This document shows positions 1 through 7,145 of a stretch of 26,060 nucleotides of DNA, in pieces; position 1 is the stretch's first letter; every line of letters begins with the position of its first letter. The translations under genes were made by a program, and so were the position numbers. This DNA comes from a virus (lineage: Duplodnaviria > Caudoviricetes): the IMG/VR virus record IMGVR_UViG_3300020042_006220, positions 1 through 26,060 of that record; one strand, 5' to 3'. The notes under the pieces were generated by a model that did not search any database, had not been told where the DNA came from, and was given only the letters and a program-made list of their open reading frames with translations.

Positions 1-2
1 AA

Positions 3-93
3 CACTAGGGGTAAACCCGTACAAAAACGGCATAAGCATGGGGCATTTTTGACGATACGCCATTAATCGGCCCAGAATCGTTTTAATCCGTTC
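3..93. repeat. Left arm of a perfect 91-bp inverted repeat (partner 2193-2283)
   Basis: cactaggggtaaacccgt...cagaatcgttttaatccgttc is the exact reverse complement of 2193-2283, checked base by base. Confidence 0.97.
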
Positions 94-461
94 CAGCCCT
101 ACCCCCCTCCCTTATGCCGCGCCAAATTTAGCCTATGGGGGTGGAGCGTAGGAAAAAGACTAACGGGAGCCCGATCATTTGTTCTTATTTGATGTTTGTT
201 TGTGTGGTGGTGTTAATGACTGAGCTGGTGCTAATGACTTGATCTAGCTCTACTAGTGTCTTAGCCTTTTCCCTATGGTGCGAAGCTAAAGCATGCCCTA
301 GGTTTATCTTTCTTTTTCTTTTGTCTCAGCTTGTGCATCGGGCTTGTGCATGTCACCAGGACAGTGCGCCGTTCTAGGGTCTAGCTCTACGGTTTCCATA
401 TGACTTGAAATGCTTAAAATCAAGTTACTTATAAAAACACTGCCCGATTATTTGCATAAAC

Positions 462-506
462 CTAGGGTTTTCACCGATATCAATGCCTATGCATCGGCGT
501 TATTCT
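462..506 (+). promoter_or_regulatory. Putative promoter of the IR-enclosed cassette: ctagggttttcacc motif plus -10-like TATTCT
   Basis: Motif at 462-475 and TATTCT at 501-506. Spacing matches both promoters at 9953-10024. Lies upstream of the AGGAG RBS (536-540). Confidence 0.55.
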
Positions 507-549
507 TAGTGTTCTATCTTTTTTTCACCACCACTAGGAGCGCATCATC

Positions 550-771
550 ATGTACGACAAACACTTTGAAGCTGACATTAACGGTCACACGTTCACCGGT
601 CTATGCGACTATGAGCCAGCAGAGCCAGCTACAGACATCGATCCGGCTTATCCGGCCATTGTCACAGTCAATACATTGTTTCTCAATGGCGGCCCCTTAG
701 AGTGCTACGACATCATCAACCCAGCAACAATTCACCAGATCGAAGCTTATTTACTGGAACAATTCGCATGA
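550..771 (+). CDS. Small acidic phage protein (73 aa)
   Basis: AGGAG RBS. YEPAEPAT..DPAYPA motif typical of small early phage proteins. ATGA overlap with the next ORF. Confidence 0.8.
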   Translation: MYDKHFEADINGHTFTGLCDYEPAEPATDIDPAYPAIVTVNTLFLNGGPLECYDIINPATIHQIEAYLLEQFA

Positions 772-863
772 AACAAATATTCTCAGACATATTAGGCGCA
801 ATTATATTGACCGGTTTAGGCGTTATTTATTTACTTTCTTTCTTTGATATTCTCACTAAATAA
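768..863 (+). CDS. 31-aa single-pass membrane peptide (not in ORF track)
   Basis: MKQIFSDILGAIILTGLGVIYLLSFFDILTK*. ATGA coupling to the upstream gene; fills the gap to the ATG at 871. Confidence 0.7.
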   Translation: MKQIFSDILGAIILTGLGVIYLLSFFDILTK

Positions 864-870
864 GTCTTAT

Positions 871-1083
871 ATGCTTGAAATTAATTATTCTCATAAACCC
901 AGCAAAACTACATTGAAAGCCAATATTGTCAAAGCATTAAACAATGGCAAAAGCTTTATTATTCTGACATGGGGTGAAAATCAAATAATAATTGAGAAAA
1001 CTGCATATGGTTTATTTGGCGGTGGCTGGATAGGCCGTAATAGTGGCGCCGATATTGCAAAATCTATATTAATGAAAGGGTAA
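871..1083 (+). CDS. Hypothetical protein (70 aa)
   Basis: Start moved to ATG 871, just after the 863 stop. LTWGENQI..GWIGRNSGADIA. Tightly packed operon. Confidence 0.75.
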   Translation: MLEINYSHKPSKTTLKANIVKALNNGKSFIILTWGENQIIIEKTAYGLFGGGWIGRNSGADIAKSILMKG

Positions 1084-1087
1084 TAGC

Positions 1088-1768
1088 ATGTTAACTCATT
1101 TAACTATTAAATCATCAAATGTTAAAACGGGCCCCATTCCCGTATCTACTAGCTCATTCAAAAACTGCCCCGATAATTGTGGGCTTAAATCAAACGGATG
1201 TTATGCCGGATCCGGCCCATTAGCCTTACATTGGCAAAAAGTCACCAATGGAGAACGGGGCTCACAATGGCCCGAATTCTTAGGATCCATAAAGGCATTG
1301 CCTGAAAACCAATTGTGGCGACATAACCAAGCCGGTGACTTAATCGGGAATGGTGTAGTGCTTGATTCCCTGAAATTGTCAGAATTGATCCTAGCGAATA
1401 GGGGTAAGAAAGGGTTTACCTATACGCACTATTTACCCGAAAACGGCAAAAATGCCCATTTCATCAAGCTAGCCAATAAACACGGTTTTACCGTAAATCT
1501 AAGCGCGGAATCATTCGAGCAAGCGGATCAATTTAAGGCATTGGATATCGGGCCGGTTGTAACTATCATGCCTGAGGGTCTACCCAAAACCCTAAAAACT
1601 AAAGCCGGTAACACTCTGGTGACATGCCCAGCAACATATAAAAACGATGTTTCATGCGCTACTTGTCAGCTTTGCCAAAAATCGGATCGAAGCACTATTG
1701 TGGGCTTTCCCGTACATGGAACGTCAAAGAAAAAAGCAGCATCCGTTTTTATGATGAAACAAATTTAA
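1088..1768 (+). CDS. GP88/DUF7227-like Cys-rich protein, putative Fe-S or radical-SAM-like fold
   Basis: SNVKTG, CPDNC-x6-CYA, WRHNQAGD, FTYTH, VNLSAES and C-terminal CPA-x7-CxxCxxC motifs. Confidence 0.75.
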   Translation: MLTHLTIKSSNVKTGPIPVSTSSFKNCPDNCGLKSNGCYAGSGPLALHWQKVTNGERGSQWPEFLGSIKALPENQLWRHNQAGDLIGNGVVLDSLKLSELILANRGKKGFTYTHYLPENGKNAHFIKLANKHGFTVNLSAESFEQADQFKALDIGPVVTIMPEGLPKTLKTKAGNTLVTCPATYKNDVSCATCQLCQKSDRSTIVGFPVHGTSKKKAASVFMMKQI

Positions 1769-1778
1769 GGGGTTTTTT

Positions 1779-1922
1779 ATGATTGATCTGCACGTTCCAA
1801 CATTTGACACAGTAGAGCAAATATTGCACTTCGCACTCTATGAGCTAAAAAAAGGCAATGTTAGCGAAGCAATTGATGATTTAACGCTAGCTCTGCAAAT
1901 TATGGAAAACTTGAACGGATAG
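1779..1922 (+). CDS. 47-aa helical protein (not in ORF track)
   Basis: MIDLHVPTFDTVEQILHFALYELKKGNVSEAIDDLTLALQIMENLNG*. AAGGGG RBS upstream; precedes the terminator. Confidence 0.7.
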   Translation: MIDLHVPTFDTVEQILHFALYELKKGNVSEAIDDLTLALQIMENLNG

Positions 1923-1977
1923 CATGTAAAAACCTAAGCTTTGCGCCCTGGTGGCGCTACACAGTTTGTCAGGCATT

Positions 1978-2024
1978 AGCCCTGATACGGTTAACCCATA
2001 ACGGGCACTGTATCGGGGCTTTTT
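1978..2024 (+). terminator. Intrinsic terminator of the cassette
   Basis: 14-bp stem agccctgatacggt/actgtatcggggct with two G-U pairs, followed by a T run. Confidence 0.75.
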
Positions 2025-2192
2025 GCATTGGTGCGCCCAAAATGGCCCATATCGGGCCGGAAAAGTCACGCCTATTGCTAGTGGATCAATCAATCAATGG
2101 CATGCATTGTCGGGAATGCCTATAAATCGATTATGCGAGGGTTTAACGGGCTTTTGAACGTGTTTTTGGGTAATTTGGGGGAATGGTAGCTT

Positions 2193-2283
2193 GAACGGAT
2201 TAAAACGATTCTGGGCCGATTAATGGCGTATCGTCAAAAATGCCCCATGCTTATGCCGTTTTTGTACGGGTTTACCCCTAGTG
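2193..2283. repeat. Right arm of the perfect 91-bp inverted repeat
   Basis: Exact reverse complement of 3-93. Confidence 0.97.
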
Positions 2284-2303
2284 ACTAAGGGTTTACCCCT
2301 AGT
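2268..2303. repeat. Tandem 15-bp direct repeat gggtttacccctagt, 21-bp period
   Basis: Identical copies at 2268-2282 and 2289-2303. Confidence 0.9.
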
Positions 2304-2421
2304 TTGGGGTCAAAAAAGTGAATGTTTAGGCCAGGAATCCTGCCAAATTTCAGACCACCCCCCCCATCAAAAAAATAGGGAGGCGCTTTTGAAAGACACC
2401 CCCCTTAAATTCTATGGCAAC

Positions 2422-2784
2422 TCATTTTAAAAATTTGAGTTTATAGATCGTGGAGTCTATCAGGTCTGCAATTGCATCAATGCTGTTTTGTATTTCACTG
2501 TCTTGAGGCATCTCTGCTCTTTCTTCTGCAACAAATGCTTTCAAAGCTCGTAGCTCCTCTAAGCCAGTGTCTGCCGGTGGGTAGTAGTCCACAGGGTAGT
2601 CGATCAATGTCTCTTGTAGGCCCTGTATGGATTCAACCACCACATCGACAAGGTCGGGTAATGCCTGGTAGAAAGCACCAAGTGCCATGTGTTCGGCGTA
2701 GCTTTTGCTGCGTAGATGCAAGATGTGGGTGTTGGTGGCTGCGTGGAGCAGGGTAAGGATGAATTCACCATATTCGTCTTTCAT
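2422..2784 (-). CDS. Ferritin/Dps-like four-helix-bundle protein (DUF5856-like)
   Basis: HILHL..SYAEHMALGAFY..DLVDVVVESIQG and C-terminal IYKLKFLK pattern. Confidence 0.7.
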   Translation of the reverse strand: MKDEYGEFILTLLHAATNTHILHLRSKSYAEHMALGAFYQALPDLVDVVVESIQGLQETLIDYPVDYYPPADTGLEELRALKAFVAEERAEMPQDSEIQNSIDAIADLIDSTIYKLKFLK

Positions 2785-3077
2785 ATCAGCCCCTTGTCTT
2801 TCAATATTTTCCTAGATCTCATCATGCCCATTATAAAAGCTTCATCAACTTCACTCAATGGCATGTCCTTTGGTCTGCTTTTTTGTCTGTCATAGGTCAT
2901 GTGGCATGGATAGCAAGCATAAGCCCCATATTCATCCTTTGCTTTCAACCCCATGCCCTTGCCATGCATGGCTTGATTGCTATGGGCCCAGACCACTGTG
3001 GCCGGATCGTAATTGCAGACACCCCGTAGGTTTAGGGTACAGGCTTCATCTCTGGCTGATTTAGTAATCTTACTCAC
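2781..3077 (-). CDS. DUF1364 (YbcO-like) Zn-binding putative nuclease
   Basis: SARDEACTL..GVCNYDPATVVWAH..GMGLK..AYACYPCH. Confidence 0.85.
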   Translation of the reverse strand: MSKITKSARDEACTLNLRGVCNYDPATVVWAHSNQAMHGKGMGLKAKDEYGAYACYPCHMTYDRQKSRPKDMPLSEVDEAFIMGMMRSRKILKDKGLI

Positions 3078-3400
3078 AGGTTTTTCAGTTCTGCGCGTTT
3101 TGTGTACTCAAGAGTTTTCCAGACTTCGATCTTTGCTTGTGCTGCTGTCATCAACCATTTTAAACGCTCCTCTTCTTCAATGGCCTGTTTATATCCTCTC
3201 AATTGCTCAACATAAGTTTCATGGGCATATGCGTAAGCTTCCCTGTCTCCCAATGATTTGCTGTCTGATTCCTGCATCAAACGGGATTTGATTGTTTTCA
3301 GGTAATTCTCAAGAAAAGTTCTTTCAGCCTTAGCTTGGCTAAACCTAGGCGCTGTCAACTGTAAAAAATTAACGGCCAAAAGTGGATCGATTTCATTCAT
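3074..3400 (-). CDS. Conserved helical phage protein, possibly a UvsY-like fold
   Basis: All-helical; REAYAYAH..Y and IEVWKT motifs; ATGA-coupled. Confidence 0.7.
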   Translation of the reverse strand: MNEIDPLLAVNFLQLTAPRFSQAKAERTFLENYLKTIKSRLMQESDSKSLGDREAYAYAHETYVEQLRGYKQAIEEEERLKWLMTAAQAKIEVWKTLEYTKRAELKNL

Positions 3401-3672
3401 AAATATTCCTTGATCAATGCATTTACACCATCAGCAAGATTGCCCTTACCCATCTCCAATAACAACATTCTTTGAACATTGGTCATTGATATGCCGACCA
3501 TGAAGTCGTAATTTCTGACCCTTGGACGGCCAGCACCAGGACGGTGACCACCCCATTTGCCTACAGGACGGCCCAAAGCCTTAGCTCGTTTATCACGCCG
3601 GATCTGTCGCTCTTTCTCTGTTAACCATTCAGGCTTTTCGTAATCGTATGGGTTTTCAATTACTTCAATCAT
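3397..3672 (-). CDS. Basic putative DNA-binding protein
   Basis: WGGHRPGAGRP motif followed by a strand-helix-helix-like C-terminus. Confidence 0.65.
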   Translation of the reverse strand: MIEVIENPYDYEKPEWLTEKERQIRRDKRAKALGRPVGKWGGHRPGAGRPRVRNYDFMVGISMTNVQRMLLLEMGKGNLADGVNALIKEYL

Positions 3673-4094
3673 GGTAATTCTTCCGAAATGTAGATGTGTA
3701 CCCCAGCAGTCTGTGAATACACCTTGGTCAAATGCATGGAGACAATTTGACTGTCATCTTTGTAGGCAATCCCGTTCATGGCATCAGTGATGGACTTGGC
3801 TATGTTGTCGATATCAGGCTTCTTAGTTGGACGCTCCAGATTGTCCAGGCAATCCTTTGTGCGTTTTTTGGAATAAGACGCTGGTACTGGGTACATGATG
3901 TACAAACAAACCACCACAGGAGTCTCCAAAGGCGGCTCGTTCTCCATTGCAGTCCTGCACTCTACTTTTACTTCATCCTCATAGCTTGCTGTCTTAGGTG
4001 CGGTGTAGGTTCTGACAAAGTTTCCCTGTCTGCGAAATCGGGGCCTTTGTTTACCTACAGGCATTCCTGATACAAAAAAGTTTGTTCTAAACAT
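3669..4094 (-). CDS. rusA: RusA-family Holliday junction resolvase
   Basis: GKQRPRF N-terminus and the catalytic signature KPDIDNIAKSITDAMNGIAYKDDSQIV. Confidence 0.92.
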   Translation of the reverse strand: MFRTNFFVSGMPVGKQRPRFRRQGNFVRTYTAPKTASYEDEVKVECRTAMENEPPLETPVVVCLYIMYPVPASYSKKRTKDCLDNLERPTKKPDIDNIAKSITDAMNGIAYKDDSQIVSMHLTKVYSQTAGVHIYISEELP

Positions 4095-4112
4095 TTCAAT
4101 GCCTTATGAGTT

Positions 4113-4325
4113 TCAAAACAATGCCTCTTCACACTTTGACAAATCAAAAACAGGTTTTGGCTTTACAGCAGGAATGATGATCACTCCATTTTTATCGTAT
4201 TTAGGAAACGGCCAAAGTGCTGTCTCTCCAGCAGTCACGCCATTGCCGCCAGCGTTTGACGTACTTACCAACAAATGGGGAAATCCGTGAAAAGCCCCGT
4301 TGTTGGCTGCACTTTGTATTGTCAT
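4113..4325 (-). CDS. Hypothetical protein (WPFP motif)
   Basis: ATGA-coupled in operon; WPFP..EEALF. Confidence 0.6.
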   Translation of the reverse strand: MTIQSAANNGAFHGFPHLLVSTSNAGGNGVTAGETALWPFPKYDKNGVIIIPAVKPKPVFDLSKCEEALF

Positions 4326-4501
4326 GCGTTTTTCTGCTTTAACAATTGTTCAATTGATTCGGCAATTTGCTTAAATCCCAGTGGAAGCCTAACGGTTCGT
4401 GGGTCTATAAATTTCAAGACCATCAAGCGCTCTTCATCCGTCAGCCCTACCCAAGGTTTCTTGTAAACCTGGGTATCGTCATCTTCTTCTATGCGGCTCA
4501 T
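4322..4501 (-). CDS. Small modular phage protein (WVGLTDEE type)
   Basis: Start at 4501 after GGAG RBS; KKPWVGLTDEE..IEQLLKQKN. Confidence 0.75.
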   Translation of the reverse strand: MSRIEEDDDTQVYKKPWVGLTDEERLMVLKFIDPRTVRLPLGFKQIAESIEQLLKQKNA

Positions 4502-4788
4502 GTGTTCTCCTGTGGTGGTGTGCATGTGTGAATCGTGGTCAGGTCAGCAGTGCGCTTGCCGCATCTCGGGCAGAAGTTGCGCTCCACCAAATGCTCATGA
4601 AACTGTTCCCACGCTACAGGCTCCTGCACTGGCTGTGCCAAGGCTTCTTTGATGGCGGTGATGGCTTCGCGGCATTGAACAACCTCGTACAAGCCGCCCG
4701 AAATAGACGCATCCAGAACTTTTGGAGAATCATCTAAAACGCTTTCCAGCGCCTCAAGCGCCAGCTTCAATGCTTCGTCTTTGGTCAT
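4498..4788 (-). CDS. Small modular phage protein with C-terminal CxxC..HxC
   Basis: EALKLALEALE..AITAIKEALAQP..EPVAW..FCPRCGK..HTCTPP. Confidence 0.8.
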   Translation of the reverse strand: MTKDEALKLALEALESVLDDSPKVLDASISGGLYEVVQCREAITAIKEALAQPVQEPVAWEQFHEHLVERNFCPRCGKRTADLTTIHTCTPPQENT

Positions 4789-5462
4789 GTGTTCCCCTTA
4801 AATTCATAATCTTTAAACACCGCGCCTTTGCTTGCATCACCGCGCCAGCACTCTTTAACCCAGCCGCGCTTGCCGGACTTGTATGTGCGCCAGTGGCCTC
4901 TGGCTTGATGTCTGCGAGGGCTTGCGTGAGTCCCTCCCTTATAATCTTGACTTTGCTTCGGCGGCTCAATGACAATCGTGTGCCAGTCGTATGAAGGCAA
5001 CTTGCCTTCTTTAATCTTGCGGCGGTTTGTGAATGTGTCCTTTGCTGTTGGGACATACGCTTCAACTCTTATATCCAATGAGGCGTAAAACATCGCCACA
5101 ATCGCGCACATCATTGATTGGTCTTGCGGGTCAATTGGCTTGTCAATTTCGCCCGTCTTTGGCTCTCCATTGTGTTCGGCAAATAAAAAAGACCCAAGTT
5201 TTTTATATCCGTTTGGCTTTAGAATCCAACCCGTCACAATAGTTGCCGCTGGCTCTGCTAACACCGATAGCATAAAGTCGCCTTGCTCTGTCTTGCCGCA
5301 AAGCATCATGTTCTTATAGGGCGCTGGATGCAGTAAGTATTTACGCTGGTCGTAGCCAATGTATTCCTTGATGGCTCCCGTCACATCAAACCAGTGCATT
5401 TGAGTCGGGTCTAGGTCTGCTATTGAGACTAACTTGACCATTTCTTTGATGAGTGGGGTCAT
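4785..5462 (-). CDS. Conserved phage protein with HASPRRHQARGHWR motif
   Basis: 225-aa ORF with RBS, ATGA coupling and basic C-terminal motif. Confidence 0.8.
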   Translation of the reverse strand: MTPLIKEMVKLVSIADLDPTQMHWFDVTGAIKEYIGYDQRKYLLHPAPYKNMMLCGKTEQGDFMLSVLAEPAATIVTGWILKPNGYKKLGSFLFAEHNGEPKTGEIDKPIDPQDQSMMCAIVAMFYASLDIRVEAYVPTAKDTFTNRRKIKEGKLPSYDWHTIVIEPPKQSQDYKGGTHASPRRHQARGHWRTYKSGKRGWVKECWRGDASKGAVFKDYEFKGNT

Positions 5463-5665
5463 GTGTTCCCCCTTTCTCGGATGGCTTCAGCGCAATGCCG
5501 TGGTGTTAGCGATGGGTGCTGCCCAACTTCATCACACACCTTTGCACACGCTTCACGTTCATCGGCACGGACAAGGGCGGCAAAGGCTTCAAGGCAACCC
5601 CTTGCGCCGTCACAAGTGCAGTCCCTGATGCCTGCCTCACGCGCCATTTCAATAATTGTTTTCAT
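5459..5665 (-). CDS. Small modular phage protein (EREACAKVC type)
   Basis: Start moved to 5665 (MKTIIEMAREAG..FAALVRADEREACAKVCD..CAEAIRERG); overlaps the 5662 stop. Confidence 0.8.
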   Translation of the reverse strand: MKTIIEMAREAGIRDCTCDGARGCLEAFAALVRADEREACAKVCDEVGQHPSLTPRHCAEAIRERGNT

Positions 5666-5841
5666 ATCTTCCCCACCCCATAGCCAATCAAAAAGCCAAT
5701 TACATAAAAAATCAATGCGGCGGCAACTACAGGGTGCTTGATGCTGTATTTGCCAGCAGGTTTTGCCCATCCCATATAGTGCTGATGCCAAGCCATTTGC
5801 AGCCGCCGCGCATCCTCGTAGTCTTTGTCTGTAAAGTTCAT
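5662..5841 (-). CDS. Small membrane protein
   Basis: Start moved to 5841; C-terminal hydrophobic helix. Confidence 0.65.
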   Translation of the reverse strand: MNFTDKDYEDARRLQMAWHQHYMGWAKPAGKYSIKHPVVAAALIFYVIGFLIGYGVGKI

Positions 5842-6095
5842 ATCAGCAGACTCCAAACCCAAAGCCCCGTTAGAAAAAACAGCGCTGCTATCACCAGCAG
5901 CACCACCAGCGCAAAGCCTACCAACACACTGCCAATCACCTGCCAAGACTGAGGCACTGGCTCAATGTCATCCGGCACTGCCGGATACGCCTTGACCTTG
6001 CGGGTTTCCAACTCTGCCGTGGTGAAGTAACAGTCCATGCCGCAAGCCGGCTGGCGTGGGCATTCCCGATAACCCGTGTCGCACATCCTGATCAT
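5838..6095 (-). CDS. Small Cys-rich membrane protein
   Basis: N-terminal C-x6-C-x5-C-x3-C and long C-terminal TM segment; ATGA-coupled. Confidence 0.7.
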   Translation of the reverse strand: MIRMCDTGYRECPRQPACGMDCYFTTAELETRKVKAYPAVPDDIEPVPQSWQVIGSVLVGFALVVLLVIAALFFLTGLWVWSLLI

Positions 6096-6373
6096 GCTTG
6101 CCTCGCTTTCAGCATGGCCTCTGCATACCTGTACTTGGCTTGCTCTCGTGTGTACCAGACATTGGAATGGACTATCCTTTTTCGCCCGTTTAGGTCATCT
6201 ACAACTTGCTCTTTCACCCCGCCTTCTTGGTGCGCTTTAATGTCCTCCTCGCTGGCCTTAGCCGCAAAGTAGTCGCGCAGGGTCATGCCGCCATGAGGCA
6301 CTACCCCGCCACAATCCGCACCTTTGTACTCAACCGTATGCGGAAACGCTGGTCCACCTGTGTCTTTAGTCAT
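6092..6373 (-). CDS. Conserved phage protein (GGPAFP..GMTLRDYFAAKA family)
   Basis: TGGPAFP, GMTLRDYFAAKA and YRYAEAMLKAR motifs. Confidence 0.85.
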   Translation of the reverse strand: MTKDTGGPAFPHTVEYKGADCGGVVPHGGMTLRDYFAAKASEEDIKAHQEGGVKEQVVDDLNGRKRIVHSNVWYTREQAKYRYAEAMLKARQA

Positions 6374-6576
6374 GTCGGCTCCTTGGGTTCGGCAAGATAT
6401 GCCTTAAGACGCTTGATCCTGTTGCGGTTAAAAGTGGCAAGGGCTTGAGCGTATTCAACCCCTGATTCAGCCTTCAGCAACTCATGTTCAGCATGGATCA
6501 ATTCATGCGCTATGGCCTGTGCTGGAGTGACGGTTTTAATCATCAACAAAAATTCAGTCCAAATATATTTAAACAT
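6370..6576 (-). CDS. Hypothetical helical protein
   Basis: 68-aa ORF, coupled on both sides. Confidence 0.7.
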   Translation of the reverse strand: MFKYIWTEFLLMIKTVTPAQAIAHELIHAEHELLKAESGVEYAQALATFNRNRIKRLKAYLAEPKEPT

Positions 6577-6780
6577 TTAATGCAATTCGTTATGTTGATT
6601 GATCAAGCTATATGCTGATGCCAATGCACAATTTTTTAATTCATTCTGATGGGAATTTTGGGGATCCATCTTTAGCAACGCCTGAACACACAAGTCCATT
6701 GTGTTCATTACATTGACCATCAACTCTGCTGGTAGGGCAACATAAGCGCCGTCAGGTACATCATTCAAGTTTTCCATCAC
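6577..6780 (-). CDS. Hypothetical protein
   Basis: 67-aa ORF tiling the operon. Confidence 0.6.
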   Translation of the reverse strand: MMENLNDVPDGAYVALPAELMVNVMNTMDLCVQALLKMDPQNSHQNELKNCALASAYSLINQHNELH

Positions 6781-6970
6781 GCATTTCCTTTATGTAATTC
6801 ATAATTCGTCTGACACCATCTTCATCAAACCATTTGATTGAAGACTTCACTTGCAACATCAAGTTGTCTTTGTCTTGCAGAGTCTCCCAGGTGTGGAAGA
6901 TTTCTCTTGCTCTAGCAATTTCCAACTGACTGTTGGGAGGGATTTTGTTCCAGTTCTTGTAATCCGTCAT
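6761..6970 (-). CDS. Hypothetical protein
   Basis: 69-aa ORF tiling the operon. Confidence 0.65.
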   Translation of the reverse strand: MTDYKNWNKIPPNSQLEIARAREIFHTWETLQDKDNLMLQVKSSIKWFDEDGVRRIMNYIKEMRDGKLE

Positions 6971-7145
6971 CAGTGTTTACCCTTAGTTCCATGTATGAAC
7001 CTTTCTGTATGATTTTCTTCTTTTTTGTCAGGTAGTAGACAGCAAACTTGATCTGGTCAACAGTGCCATCAGCTTGATCAAAAATCTGTCTGCGTGTCAA
7101 AGGGCTTTGCTTTAAAAGGTTGAGGATTTGTTTAGTTCTGGTCAT
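6912..7145 (-). CDS. Winged-helix-like small DNA-binding protein
   Basis: QILNLLKQSPLTRRQI..VYYLTKKKKI pattern. Confidence 0.6.
   Translation of the reverse strand: MTRTKQILNLLKQSPLTRRQIFDQADGTVDQIKFAVYYLTKKKKIIQKGSYMELRVNTDDGLQELEQNPSQQSVGNC

Noticed and set aside
418-431. IHF site aatcaagttactta
   Set aside because: Spacing is one base off the WATCAA-N4-TTR consensus.
410-700. Alternative-frame and antisense ORFs in the track (e.g. 410-700, 1887-2093, 7436-7879, 12759-13271, 15368-15973)
   Set aside because: They shadow better-supported genes or a terminator, and lack RBSs and recognisable motifs.
94-2192. Apparent excess of 6-bp palindromes, including gccggatccggc at 1205-1216
   Set aside because: A rough hand count is close to random expectation (about 1 per 64 bp); a formal test against the rest of the genome is needed.
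3-2283. IS element or transposon with terminal inverted repeats
   Set aside because: No transposase inside, cargo is phage-like, and a target-site duplication cannot be assessed at the window edge.
3397-3672. Terminase small subunit
   Set aside because: The GGxRxGAGR motif occurs in many basic DNA-binding proteins and no large terminase is adjacent.
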